A stretch of DNA of 64,000 bases from Octopus sinensis. Taxonomy: Eukaryota. The stretch spans positions 115,010,001 to 115,074,000 of the forward strand of contig NC_043000.1 of the NCBI RefSeq assembly GCF_006345805.1, read 5' to 3'. This document shows, piece by piece, positions 50,942 to 62,776 of the stretch. A program made the position numbers and the translations under genes. The notes below the pieces were generated by a model that was given only the letters and a program-made list of their open reading frames with translations, did no database searches and had not been told where the DNA came from. How positions within the stretch are numbered: position 1 is the first letter of the stretch; each line of letters opens with the position of its first letter.

Positions 50942-51337
50942 GCTCCTCACTCAATGAACGCACACTGCATGCTGATGTTCTAGAATATAACTTCAGAAAT
51001 AGAGAGAAGAATCGTCGATACACTGACTCATTTCCTGACAAACCTGCACCAGCTGCATGCTCCATAGTAGATGGCACTGATGGAATGACACACCCTGCAG
51101 ATGCTTCCATCCTAGCTGCAACCGATCTGTCCGATAGTTTAGAAGAGCTGACTAAAATACAGCGTCCATGTTCCTTTGTTGCACCTCCTCCACCCCTCAC
51201 GCCACCACCTTCCGAACCCCCGTCCACTGTCCCAAGTCCCATCACAGTAATGGAGTGTGATAAGGTTGACAAGAGTGTTGGCATTGCCGAAGATTCTCTG
51301 TCTTTGGCCGCTACTGATGTTCCCCCTCCAGTAAATG
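50942..51337 (+). CDS. COBL: Pro-rich exon of the cordon-bleu-like gene
   Basis: Acceptor tttcccatacttccag| and donor AATG|gtaagt; 396 nt, phase 1 to 1, open throughout (SSLNERTLHAD...RPCSFVAPPPPLTPPPSEPP...DVPPPVN). In frame with ORF 51085..51345. Confidence 0.85.
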
Positions 51338-51503
51338 GTAAGTAAAACTTTGGACGGCATCACTTCATTTCCCACTAAATTGCTGACAGCAACAACTGTT
51401 ATTTCTAGAGTCAGATCTTTGGAAAGGCAGAACAATATAAGGAAGTGCATTTGTCTCTTTTGTTTTGAAAATACAGACTAATCCCTTGAAGATCACAACT
51501 GAT

Positions 51504-51680
51504 CTGGAGGTCACTGATTGTCTGGAGGTCACTGATTGTCTGGAGGTCACTGATTGTCTGGAGGTCACTGATTGTCTGGAGGTCACTGATTGTCTGGCGG
51601 TCACTGATTGTCTGGAGGTCACTGATAGTCTGGTTGTTACTGATAGTCTAGTGGTCACTGATAGTATGGAGGTCACAGCT
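51504..51680 (+). repeat. 18-bp minisatellite (ctggaggtcactgattgt)n
   Basis: About 10 units, degrading 3'; weaker 18-mer traces continue to about 51840. Confidence 0.92.
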
Positions 51681-52878
51681 TGACTAACAGTCACATTTGA
51701 CCATGGTCTAGATAGTTAGAGCTTATCTGAAGATCACAGCTAGTGCCGAGACCGCACCTAACTGAACAGAGGTCACAGTTGGCCGGGAATAAATTATAGC
51801 TAGCCTAAAATCTACTGCTGGCCTAAAGGTCAGAACTGGTTGAGCAACCACATAGAGGCTTGACTTATTTTTGTTATTGTTTAACCCCAGGCTGAGTAAC
51901 CACTTCGAAATTACATTATTGGTTTGATATGATGGAGAAGCTGTAGTTTAGGCTCATTTGATCAGACTTTCCAGCCATGACCATAATATCTCACCTTTCA
52001 GCTGCGGTGTGTCCAGTTCTATATGATCAATGTTTCTTTTTTATCAAAGCTACTGGGATGGGATTTTGAGCAGATTCTCCTGTTATTTTTAGCACATCAA
52101 GCAAATAGGTTTTTTTGACCAGAACCCGTGGCCTTTACCTGATATGTAGCCAGTCCGCTTATGCATACCTTTCCTTCTTGGGACACAAAACTCTGCTTGT
52201 GAAGACCTGTTGAGGCAAGTGAAATTGAAATCGATCAAAAATCAATGGAAATTGTAGTTGTGATACCAGTGCCGGTGGCATGTAAAAGAACAATCCAAAC
52301 GTGGCCGTTGCCAGCGCCACCTCAACTGGCCTTCGTGCCGGTGGCACGTAAAAAGCACCAACCGATCATAGCCATTGCCAGCCTCGCCTGGCATCTGTGC
52401 TGGTGGCATGTAAAAAGCACCCACTACACTCACGGAGTGGTTGGCATTAGAAAGTGGACGTTAAACAATAATGATAATGGAAACTTGTCTATTTTCCTAA
52501 GTGTAATTATTCAGTCATGGAGTATAAGTGGAATTGGTTTGGTAATCTAGGAATCCAAGATTACCTTCAAATATGCCTTTAAACCATTAGATGTCATGTG
52601 ATCTTCCATTATACAATAACAAGACACAAAAACAAGTTTTCGATATTCTTGTATTTTGACTGATTTTGGTGTTGCTTGTGCAAAATCCTCATGACAATCT
52701 TGAAATCTGGAATTTCTCTGAATTCTCACCTATTCCTTTCATTTTTCCAACAAATTAACTTTAACTTTGAAGCTCCTGTTTCTTTGCTGTTACATGTCTT
52801 GAAGTGATACTTATATCTCTTTGACTATTTTCACATATAATTCTGAACTCTCTTGTCTTTTCATCTCAACTTTTCATG

Positions 52879-53120
52879 CTCAGAATTGTTGAAGCATGGA
52901 ATAAATTACCTGCATCAGTTGTTAGCTGTTGGAACACTACATCCTTAAACTTCTGTTTCCTGAAATTCACCAACAGTACACTTCATGTCCCACCCACCCC
53001 TCTTTCTTTCTTTTTTTTGCTTTTAATTACTCATTCACTGTTCACTTATCTTCACCATTCATAAACTTTTTCTGATGAGTTGTAGTGCACCTGAGCACTG
53101 TCTACAATAAGTTCATTATT
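52879..53120 (+). mobile_element. 3' end of a CR1/L2-like LINE
   Basis: RIVEAWNKLPASVVSC, with a terminal gtgcacctgagcactgtctacaataagttcattatt. Confidence 0.65.
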
Positions 53121-53175
53121 CTATATTATATAATCTTTCTTTTCACTCAGTCAGCCCTATATTATATATTATATA

Positions 53176-53929
53176 CAGTGATCCCTCGTTTATCAAGGTA
53201 GATTGGTTCCAAGACCGGTCGTGATAGCTGAATTTTCGCGAAGTAGGGACACCATATTTACAGTATTTATTTAACGTGCATTTGAACTTTTAAAACCTTC
53301 CCTGTACTGTTAACAACCCATCCATTACAGTAGTCTATTAATAACAAGGACAACTGTTAAGCAATAACACTTTAGATTAAAAAAAATATAGATTGTTACT
53401 ATACTCAACACGAAAGAAGTTGAAAAAAAATTTGAATGATGATGAATTTGCTGCGCAGCAGAAATGATGATGAAGCTGACGGTGGTGCCCTTTCCTGGGA
53501 TACCTCTTCCACTTCTTTCGAAACGCAAAGAAACAGAAAAAAAAAATCACACACAGCACAGCGTAAAGTAGTACAGTAAACCACTCGGCGAGAAAGCTTG
53601 AAACGAAATGACTGTGAGAAAGAGACAAGGGAAGATGCTGCAAATCTGAGCATCGGTCAAAGCACCAGTCACAGGCCAGATTACAAAATAGAAAGCTGTG
53701 ATTCATTGTCTCTCTCCATTGCACCAATCACAGCCCGTCTTAAGTACCCCTGTGTATGCTTTTTTGCTATTTTACGCTTGTTTTGTTGTTCCTAGACTAG
53801 GAAATAATAATATTGATATTTTCATGGATTTAATGAAAAATTTTAGGTGTTCATATATATATATATTTTAAAAATCCGCAAAGTCCTGAATCCATGATAG
53901 TTGAACCGCGAAGTAGCAAGGGATTACTA
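53176..53929. mobile_element. Tigger/pogo-like non-autonomous DNA transposon
   Basis: TA|cagtgatccctcg...caagggattact termini; CpG-rich subterminal gcgaagtag repeated near both ends. Confidence 0.6.
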
Positions 53930-55222
53930 ACCCTTATTTTCATTCAGTCAACCCTATCTATTAACTTCTTCCTTTAACTTCAAACTTTCATAAATTACCT
54001 TCTCACCTCACTTCAATTCTATGTTCACTGTTCACCTCGAGCTGCCTTTGTCATCTCATCCTACCTACTCTTCTTACATCAAAATTCCCCCACTTATCAC
54101 CTCAAACCATCCTCTCTTTCAATTTTTATCAGGTCTCATGTGACCCACAAGTTGTCTCATCATTCATCCAGAGTCTGCCTTTATCTGGCTTCACCTCTAA
54201 GCCCCTACCACAATTAACATTTACTTCCTAAACTTAAAAGACTCTGATACACAAAAATTCCCAATTTAGCCATACCAGATCTGGTCAAACCATCTAACTT
54301 GTGCCAACATGGGGAAAAGATGTTAAATGGTGTTACCATCTTCCCAATTTTTGTATTGCTTTTCCTTTCAAAAATCTTTTCTCTCGTCATCATCATTATT
54401 TATCATCTATTTTCCATGCTGGCATAGGTTGGACAGTTTCACAGGAGCTGCACAAGGTTCCATGGTATGTTCTGGTATAGTTTCAATGGCTGGATGCCCT
54501 TCCTAACACCAACCACTTAACAGAGAGTACAGGTGCTTTTTATGTAGCACCAGTGCTGATAGGATCACAAAGTACCTTGCGAAACACCAACCCCCTCAAT
54601 TGGAATGGGGAGAGGGGTAGTATTGATGGGTTTGCTTTTGGGTCAGTTGAGGGACAGAGGGCACAGACATAGGTGTCTTGTTGTAGAGTAGTTACATGGA
54701 TACCCCAGCAGAAAAGCAAAATAGAGTTGGAGAGTAAGATAAAGGGAGTGAGAGAGAGGATTCTCCCATTACCATTAGTGTTGTTGTTATAAATAACTGC
54801 ACATCTTGTTCTTCACTACTCCCTTGTTCATGGCTAACACACCTTGTTGTTGTTCTTCTTCACAGTTACTACACTTTGTTATTGTTGTTGTTTGCTACCC
54901 CCTTCTTGCTCACAGCCTATATGTGTACACCTCGCTATTGTGACATTGACACTACATCTCATGATGCTTGTTGTCGTAGTTGCCTGTTTGATTTCAATTT
55001 CCTTTTAAAACTTCCTCATCAATATCCTTAAAATTGTTCCCATCTGTTGCCCTTTAAACTATTAGTGTTTATATTTCACTCTACTGACAATGCCTCCCCC
55101 CCCCCCCAGTACCATTAAACTTATAAATCCTATTGATTGTAATTGCCACTGATTAGTTTGAAATTCTTACCTCAATCACCATTGACATTTTTTTTTATTA
55201 CTGGCTAACTTTCTGTCCAGTC

Positions 55223-55825
55223 TGGTGGTTCTCAACCATTTCTTTTTACCTATGAAACCCCTTTCTATTCATATTTTATTCTACTGGACCCCCATAATCA
55301 TTTGATGCTTTAAAAATCTTATATAAATATGTTATTAGGATATTCTATTGTGTCTGGGGAGAGTCATTTTCTTTTTGTGCCTTATTATGTAACACACTCA
55401 CCGATAAAATTTCCACGTTTTTCTTATTTATTTTCCTAAAATTTTCGTTGCGTCTTGCAACCTTTTCAATAGTTTTGATTCTTTTTAAGAGTCAAAACTA
55501 TTGAAAAGGTTGCAAGATGCAACAAAAATTTTAGGACAATAAAAATAAGAAATAAGTCGAAATTTTACCAGTGAGTGTGTTACATGATAAGGTACAAAAA
55601 GAAAATGACTCTCCCCAGACACAATAGAATATGCTTCAACACACAAACTCATATAAAGAATCTTGCAAACCAAATCCAAAAACGAAATGTTATTAGGAAT
55701 TGTATAAAAAAGATTAAAATATTTTGTGCACTGAAGGAGTGTAACCAATTAATTGCAAACTAATTCTAACAACAAAATCTTATTGGGCCCCTAAGGGTCA
55801 TATGAACCCTAGTTGAGAACCTCTG
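55223..55825. mobile_element. hAT/Charlie-like MITE containing a nested palindrome
   Basis: Termini tggtggttctcaacc / agttgagaacctctg. A partial reverse copy of the family lies at about 13285-13510. Confidence 0.55.
55340..55632. repeat. ~290-bp palindrome with a 3-nt loop
   Basis: atattctattgtgtctggggagagtc...ttttgattctt-ttt-aagagtcaaaa...gactctccccagacacaatagaatat. Confidence 0.9.
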
Positions 55826-56023
55826 GTCTAACCCAAGTAAGTTATGTACCCTTTATTTCTGTTTTAATTAGAAGAGAAAGACAGTGCTTGTGACCCTTAG
55901 CCGGGCCTCTAAGACCAGCAGAAGGGAAGAAACCTAGTCTGAATGCTTGCAACAGAGCGAACTCTGTTAATAGGATCCAAGGTGCCAGGTGGTGGTATTA
56001 AACATGATAACAGGTTCAGTCTG

Positions 56024-56253
56024 CTTTTTAAAGTTACTTATTCTATAGAAAATCTATAGAAATTAGAGCCAACACTGAAAGTTACAATGTTTCATGTACA
56101 AATACGTCTGTGTAAACAATACATGTCTTCTATCTTCAGTCGCATTTTGTATCTTTGATCACATTGTTTACATAGATGTTTACATGTACGAAAGTTAACT
56201 TTCAGTGCTGGCTCTAATTTCTATGGATAATCTGTAGAAGTAACTTTAAAAAG
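56024..56253. mobile_element. Fold-back element with ~95-bp arms
   Basis: Arms 56024-56120 and 56163-56253 (ctttttaaagttactt...tagaaattagagcca.cactgaaagtta...gtaaacaat and its reverse complement). Confidence 0.8.
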
Positions 56254-56397
56254 TAATTTAATCAAACTTGTAACACAGGTGGGGCACAGTGTTGATATAT
56301 CAGCCTTTAACCTACTTGGTAGTATATTGTAGTTGCATAACAAAATATGGCATCCCAAGCAATGATTAATAATAATAATAATAATTATTATTATTAT

Positions 56398-56935
56398 GCC
56401 CTGATGCAGTACCAAGCAGTGGATCTCAAGGTTGCTGATCTTAACTGATTGGAAGTGTTATCATGTACAGTGTTTTGTCTTCGTATAAAAGATGGGCTAC
56501 AGTAAATATTCTGCCCAATGCTACAGATTTGCTTGTCAGTTGTTTGACCTTAACCAGTTGACCATGTCCTTTAGTGGCTGATGATATATGCATCTCTGAT
56601 CACGAGCGGAAGTAATGGGGGAGCATCATAGCCGTGTGTTCAGGGATTTTCGGGGGGTTTGACTAATTCACCTCTGGAAACATGAGTGTTTCGTTCAACA
56701 TCCTTAAACAGTCCTTATTCAGGGACCTTTTGAGCGGGATGGGTTACTCAACCAGAAGAAAATTCTAACTGGGCCCCACCTGCAAGGGCATGCACTGTTT
56801 ATCTTGATATGAGATCACCATGTCGCGCACATATGGTTGTGATGCATGTGTCTGGTGTACCCTTATCAGACAGGTAGTCATGATGGGTATACTGGGCTTC
56901 ATATATTTTACCCCAGTGTCACTTTGATGGTACAC
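56398..56935 (-). repeat. Unclassified interspersed element bounded by (TAA)n
   Basis: Non-coding block of higher complexity and GC between two TAA runs; single copy here; recognised only loosely as a repeat. Confidence 0.35.
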
Positions 56936-57040
56936 ACTGCTCTCTCACTCAATAATAATAATAATAATATGGTAGTATTTTTTTCATATACTAGGGGATG
57001 GCTACTGACATTAAGCTTAAGTAAAAAGGTAGTAGTAGTA

Positions 57041-57190
57041 GTACCAATAATTGTTGGAGCCCTGGAAACAGTGATTAAAAATTTTGAGAAGTACATGGAA
57101 CAAATAGGGGCTGCAATAAGGGTGGAGCACTTGCAGAAAACAACACTGCTTGGAACTGCTCAAATACTCCGAGTGGTGCTCAAAAAATAT
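57041..57190 (+). mobile_element. C-terminal RLE fragment of an R4/Dong-like retrotransposon
   Basis: VPIIVGALETVIKNFEKYMEQIGAAIRVEHLQKTTLLGTAQILRVVL. Confidence 0.75.
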
Positions 57191-57557
57191 CTACAGGGAT
57201 GTATTAAATACCAGGGAGTAATGGAGGGATAAATGCCACCCAGGTTTTTAGGGAGTATAAGGTCAACTATTTCCCCAGTATTAAGCAGAACCTGTAATAT
57301 TGAACCAAAAGCCCTTTTTTTTCATCTCCTCAGATTAACATTTCAGCACCATTAAATGTCTGTAATTTTTTGTTTGAGGTAACATCTTTTATCCACAAGC
57401 TAGTGTTTAGAGACTTTCTCCTCTTCTTCCTATCACCATTTAAAATAAGTTATTTTCAAGTTTCTGTTGTTGTTTTTTGTACCCCCACTTCCTCCTCCCA
57501 ACACCACCACCATCACTATTTCTCTGCAAGCACCCACCCAACCATTTGGTTTTCCAG

Positions 57558-57725
57558 GGCACAACCGTCACCTCAGTAGAGAGAGCACCACCACCACGTC
57601 TTCCCTGGACCCTGTAGAAGACTTTGATACTGCATTTGAGAACATAACCAGTGCTAAAGCTGTCAGTACACATTCTGATCATTCCAAACAAACTCCTGAT
57701 ATTAATGGGGCAGTTGTTACTGAAG
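57558..57725 (+). CDS. COBL: Exon of the cordon-bleu-like gene
   Basis: Acceptor ttggttttccag| and donor GAAG|gtaggt; 168 nt, phase 1 to 1. Encodes HNRHLSRESTTTTSSLDPVEDFDTAFENITSAK...AVVTE. Confidence 0.8.
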
Positions 57726-57754
57726 GTAGGTAGACCCTCTCTGTTAAGGAGTTA

Positions 57755-59070
57755 CAAGGTGGTATCAAAAAGTTCCCTGACTAGTTCTGTAGTGTGCCCA
57801 CAGGTAGCAGCACACGGTTATGTGCACAGTGAGAGCTAGCAATGACCTTCATGTGACGGTGCACTGAGGGACATGACATTGCTGTGTTTACTTCATGAGT
57901 TGTGAAATTTGTGCTTTTGTGATCACATGATGAGGATGATGTATGCTGTAGTCTGCAAGTTTTGCCATGGACAGGAAGTTTAAACTTTTTAGGGAGTATA
58001 AGAGCCAACATGAGATTTTTGCATTAAACTTGAGAAGTCTGCTACAGAGACATTGAGCATGCTTCCGCAAGCTTACAGCGATGAGGCAATGTTTTGAGTG
58101 GCACAGGGGCTTCAAAAGGCACAACAGAGCTGCGGCTCAATCATGAACATGCTCATCATTTTTTTTTCTTTTTTGACATCCACTGTATTGTGCATCGAGA
58201 ATTCACCCCACAGGGTCAGACCATCAATCGAGGGTTCTTCTGTGACATTTTGAAGCATTTGAGGTGGGGCATTCAGCAAAAGTGACCGGATCTGTGAAGG
58301 GCAAAAAATTGGATTCACAATAGCAATTCACCTTATCACCGGGTTCTCCTCACTCTTTTTTACTCTTTTACTCTTGTTTCAATCATTTGACTGTGGCCAT
58401 GCTGGAGCACCACCTTTAGTCGTGCAGATCAACCCCAGGACTTATTCTTTGTAAGCCTAGTACTTATTCTATCAGTCTCTTTTGCTGAACTGCTATGTTA
58501 TGGGGACATAAATACACCAGCATCGGTCATCAAGCGATGTTGGGGGGACAAACATATATACACACACACACACATATATACGACAGGCTTCTTGCAGTTT
58601 CCGTCTACCAAATCCACTCACAAGGCTTTGGTCGGTCCGAGGCTATAGTAGAAGACACTTGCCCAAGGTGCCACACTGTGGGACTGAACCCAGAACCATA
58701 TGGTTGGTAAGCAAGCGTCTTACCACACAGCCACTCCTACGCCTTACCACACAGCCACTCCTACGCCTCGTAAGTTTCTCACCGAAAACAACAGATTTAT
58801 CACCTGCAGACTTCAATCTCCTCCCTAAGATTAAAATGCAGCTCAAAGGTCACCATTTAAACTCCATTGTTGAGATCTAGAGTGAATTGCTGAAGGTCTT
58901 CGACTCACAGAAAACGACATCCAGGCTGGATTCCAAAAATGGCTGGAACGCTGGGTGTGGTGTACTGCTGTGCAAGATGATTATTCCAAAGAAGATGGGG
59001 TTAAAACTTTGGTAAATAAGTTATTTTTTATTAAACATAACTAGTCCAGGAACATTTTGATACCACCTAG
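57755..59070 (+). mobile_element. Internally deleted mariner (relic 2, same family as 4652-5832)
   Basis: TA|caaggtggtatcaaaaagttcc...ggaacattttgataccacctag|TA. Frames KLEKSATETLSML...EWHRGFK, EFTPQGQTIN and SPADFNLLPKIKMQLKGH. Confidence 0.9.
58346..58768 (-). mobile_element. SINE family 3 inserted in mariner relic 2
   Basis: Full reverse copy with a 24-bp duplication of its head (cttaccacacagccactcctacgc twice). It splits ctcctcac|tcgtaagtttctcacc, which is contiguous in relic 1. Confidence 0.85.
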
Positions 59071-59193
59071 TAGACCACTGCTACTGCTGTTACTACTACA
59101 TCATTGTCATATCATCATAACTGTCATCAACAAATATCACCATCATAGTCATCACCACCACCAACATAAGTGTTCCTGTTTCATAACAGGATA

Positions 59194-59435
59194 CAGCACT
59201 TTGGCGTAAGACACTTCGGCCTAAGACACTTTGGTCTAAGACATTTTGGTCTAAAAGCATTTTTATTTAAAGACAAAATTGCTCATTAGAGTTTAGCTAT
59301 TTAGGTCTTTTACATTTTTTTTAGATTCTATTGACAAAAATAGTTATTAGACTGAAGTGAGTTTAGACAACAATGACTTTAGACTATAGTGTATTTATAC
59401 CAAAGTCACTTTAGACCAAAGTTCTTTAGATCATA
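59194..59435. repeat. Inverted arrays of a 15/16-bp unit (Foldback-like element)
   Basis: Left: (aagacactttggtct)-like units. Right: (tagaccaaagtcactt)-like units, the reverse complement. Confidence 0.6.
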
Positions 59436-60830
59436 GCACATTAGTCTAGATTCATCATAACTACCATTATCATATCTTCACTGTCTTATACTATCACTTA
59501 TCCATTACATCATAATTGTCAACACCATCATCGCTATAATCATCATATTATCAACATCATTATATTATAACTGTGAAGACATATTTCAGTCGAGCTTACG
59601 ATCGTGAGGTTCTGAGTTTGATTCCTGGACCGGGCTGTGTGTTGTGTTCTTGAGCAAGATACTTTATTTCACATTGCTCCAGTTCACTCATCTATGGAAA
59701 TGTGTTGCAGCATCACTGGTGCCAAGTTGTTTGGGCCTTTGCCGCTCCCTTGGGCCATATTGGTGGCATGCAGAGCGGGGACTGGTATGTATAGGTGACT
59801 GCTTGTCTTCCATAATAACAACCTTGCCTGGACTTGTCCCTGAGAGGGGAAATTTCTAGGTGCAATCCCATGGTCATCCATGACTGAAGGGGGTCTTTCA
59901 CCTTTATATCATAACCAGCATCATCATCATCAGTGCCACCATCATCATTATCATCAAAGGCGGTGAGCTGGCAGAAACGTTAGCACGCTGGGCGAAATGC
60001 TTTGCGGTATTTTGTCCGCCGCTGTGTTCTGAGTTCAAATTCCGCCAAGGTCGACTTTGCCTTTCATCCTTTCGAGGTCAATAAATTAAGTACCAGTTAC
60101 GCACTGGGGGCGGTGTAATTGACCATCTCCTTCCCCACAAATTCCAGGCCTTGTGCCTATAGTAGAAAGGATTATCATCATCATTGTCACCATCATCATC
60201 ACGTTTGTTTTTTGTGTACATCTTTCATATATGGTAATTTTCCTTTATTTTTTCTTTTGTAACACTAAATCACTCTTTTCTTTAGCAAGTCTCTCTAACT
60301 GCACACCTAATGACACTTCACACTCTCTCCTTCAACAAGTCTCTCTACTCACATCATGCATTTCTCTTCTTCATTTCTTAACCACAACTCAATGACTTCT
60401 TATTTTAATGCCTGACCCTTTATGCAATCACTCACTGTGTCGGTTGGCTGCTGTACCTTTCGAATTCCTGGTGCAATTTACCCAACAGGCTTTTATTCAG
60501 TTTCCAGCCACCCAGTTATACTCACAAAATATAGGTTGAACAAAAACTGTAGAAAATGACATTTGACCTAAATACCATCGAGCTGGGTTGAACCCAGGAT
60601 CCTGTAACTGCATAGCGAACTTCTTGTGCATTCAGCTGTACTGCCTAAAAATCATGTTATGGGTGTGCATATCTGAAGAATGCTAAGCCACTCTCAAGTT
60701 AATTCAAAAACAAGTTATTTACTTAATCAAATAACGGAATGTTCATTATTGATGGATGGCGATTCACTGCCATCATTGTCAATTAACATTCATTGTCCAT
60801 GCTGGCATGGATTAGACACTATATGATGTA

Positions 60831-61233
60831 CGAGCAGTATAGCCCAGCGTTGTTCAGGCTTGTTTTCTTTTCGACCCTTTAGAATTGGAATTTTTGAAAA
60901 GTAAAAATTTTGCATTATGTAGCTTGTTATTCTCTTTAAGTGAACATTTTTCTGGTTGAAATACACCAAAAAATGGCAACACAGCAGTCAAAAAATCGTA
61001 AAAAATAGGGATTTTCATAGAAAAAAAAGCACCTTTTTGATGTAAATAACTTTTGGTGTTAACATGGTCCGATCTGAATTTTTTCTGCTACGGAAGGAAG
61101 AGCAAGCCTTCTTCTATCATACTCTCAATTTTGGTCAACTTGTGCCGCAGGGTCTCGGATGAGATAGTGTTAGTTGAAGGCTACCAAACCTGCCATACAC
61201 ACAGACAACTTCAGCTTTATATATATATAGAGA
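60831..61233 (-). mobile_element. Second non-autonomous Helitron
   Basis: Minus strand A|TCTCTATATATATATAAAGCTGAAGTTGT; the 3' end on the plus strand, cgagcagtatagcccagcgttgttcagg, is a decayed version of the 9394 terminus ctagcagtatcgcccggcgttgctcggg. Confidence 0.7.
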
Positions 61234-62776
61234 TTAATAATCTCCCTTTATATCTCAACTGTATAAAACTAAAGTAATCCGGTCACTCATTCAATATAAG
61301 TTTTGTCACTAAAGACAAAAGTGTACAAACGTGGGCTGCTTTCAGGAACTGACTGTCATTTAACAAAATGTGTTAAACAAACACAAGTCCAGCAACACTT
61401 AGTACATTTTTTTTTTTTTGTTTTCTTCCTCTCGTATACATGCATATATGTTCATACAAGTGCATATAAAAGTACATGTATATAAAAGTTTGCTATTGTA
61501 TAGGTCAAAAGAACTCAGACATTTTTTGGTTGCATCAATGCTGTTGAGGGAGGAGTGCTGTTTGGATAAGGTGACGGTCACCTTGATCTCTTGTTGATAT
61601 ATAAAAAATGTCATGCAACTGTGTGTAAAATAATAACACAAATAGATTTTAAGTTCTTTATTGTGTTGTAAGCATATCACTGGTAATTTTGGAGAAAATT
61701 AGCCTGGTGAAACTCATTCCCACCCAAGCGATAAGCAAAAAAAGGATTACACCAAACACCCATGACATTCGTCAATTTTACTGTTCCCACTGGTGGACTG
61801 ATCCATTGTGTGGAAGGGAGAATACATGAAGTTGGGGTTAGTGAAAGCTGAGTTAGATGTACTGGGTCAGTAAGTACTAAGTGCTTGTCACAGAATTCGC
61901 ACCACTCACACTGGTATACCCTCAATCTGTACATTCAAAGTTCCTATATGATGCCACAATGGTGTGAAGATTAAGGGGCCAGTTACTGCATGGTTTTGAG
62001 TTCAAAACTAACTCTGCATCTTTGATACCATGGTTAAAATTACTAATATTTTCCTATCTGGTTTTCTTTTATGTTGTATAGTGCTTTGCAGTTACTTCTT
62101 GTGAGTGAATAGGGAACTGCCGAAAGATAATCATTCATATATGGCCAATATCACAGCTGAAGTTGTGATGTTTACAACATCCAAATTTACAACCTGATTA
62201 TAAATTTCAGTGATCGTTAGTTGTCTTTCCATGTAAGCTGCTTGTGTTTATGTGTACGTATGTTTGCTTATATATATAGACGTGTGTGTGTGTTCTCTTG
62301 AAATTTTATAAATATTGCTGTATATTAATACAGCAATGGCTCAGTGGTTAGAGCGTTGAGCTTATGATCGTGAAGTTGTGAGTTCAAATCCCAGACCGGG
62401 CTGCATGTTGTGTTCTTGAGCAAGACACTTTACTCCGCGTTGCTCCAGTTCACTCAGCTGAAGAAATGAGTTGTGACGTCACAGGTGCCAAGCTGTAACG
62501 GCCATTTGCCTTTCCCTTGGATAACACTGGTGGCATGGAGAGGGGAGACCGGTATGCATGGGCGACTGCTGGTCTTCCATAAACAACCTTGCCCGGACTT
62601 GTGCCTGGGAGAGTAACTGTCTAGGTGCAATCCCACTGTCAATCATGACTGAAGAGGGTCTCAATGTTAATAACATAGCATGTGTATGAATTCTTCTGCA
62701 AACTTGTGTGTGTGTGATGTATCCATTCATTTGTGACAGATTGATTTCTGTATTAAACAACTTTTATCTATTTCAG

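Noticed and set aside
56840-56935. Possible HDV-like ribozyme at the end of a TAA-bounded element
   Set aside because: Only one hairpin (actggg/cccagt) was evident; I could not fit the nested double pseudoknot by eye.
29497-62420. tRNA-like sequences as tRNA genes
   Set aside because: They are SINE heads fused to repeat bodies and tails, without complete acceptor stems.
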